From Pelomyxa schiedti (Eukaryota; Protista; Evosea): 64,000 nt of DNA. The stretch covers positions 34,799 through 98,798 of the forward strand of contig JAHLWZ010000828.1 of the NCBI GenBank assembly GCA_020536535.1, given 5' to 3'. Positions 63,801-64,000 of this stretch are shown here, one piece after another. A model generated the notes under the pieces. That model worked only from the letters and a program-made list of their open reading frames with translations, did not search any database and was not told the origin of the DNA. Positions within the stretch are counted from its first letter, which is position 1. Every line of letters begins with the position of its first letter. Made by a program: the position numbers and the translations under genes.

Positions 63801-64000
63801 GCCTCTCCCAGCTCCTTCGACATTCAATGTCCGAAACCACCCATGTAGGAGATAACGCCTGGATTCTTTGTGAAGTTCACGTTAGCTATACAGAAGAATC
63901 TTTCGGAGATACATACCTCCAACCACACCAGACAGTGCCGAGGTCGAAGAAGTGTACCCAAGCCTATATGTCCATCCATCTCCTTGCACATTATACCCAT
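60826..64000 (-). CDS. Large putative GPI-anchored surface protein with (SQ/SH)n stalk, 5' end outside window
   Basis: Multi-exon; GHIWFDDVFVYQL (CBM-like); many N-x-S/T sites; intron gttacc...cacag links the 61296 ORF to the SQSHS repeat; hydrophobic C-term SVSGCS...YAPILYSLSLLFLYLFSA. Confidence 0.65.
60920..61260 (-). repeat. Hexanucleotide-like low-complexity repeat encoding (Ser-Gln/His)n
   Basis: Repeated gcgact/gtgact/gggatt units on the + strand. Confidence 0.85.

Overview
Gene-dense, intron-rich eukaryotic (protist) genomic DNA in the standard genetic code. Introns are mostly short (roughly 30-95 nt) GT-AG and intergenic gaps are very short, so the ORF track shows only exon fragments. 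I rebuilt about 25 spliced genes by hand, and exon boundaries are approximate. Conserved genes: Bax inhibitor-1 (partial), PI-phospholipase C, GM2-activator-like ML protein, coatomer alpha, aldose 1-epimerase, Kelch-BTB, SP-RING SUMO ligase-like, PlsC acyltransferase, SHAQKYF Myb, dynein-2 heavy chain (~17 kb), sialate O-acetylesterase, WDR5 and POLD2. Dynein-2 implies a flagellated lineage. The gene style suggests an amoebozoan such as an archamoeba, which is inference only. No rRNA, tRNA, CRISPR array or transposon was seen. Most unusual features: (1) a bacterial-type VIT-vWA-TPR-DUF2135 gene carrying a 33-aa, highly conserved block of the splicing factor Slu7 in its linker; (2) an intron-containing DUF1848 (radical-SAM-like CxxxCxxC) gene head-to-head with POLD2; (3) unusual domain architectures: zf-MYND-FKBP, UBA-UBX-RING-H2, an EGF/CUB single-pass receptor phosphodiesterase, and a catalysis-free zf-PARP-PADR1 protein; (4) a bacterial-like HExxH protein. 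All family assignments come from recalled motifs, not database searches.
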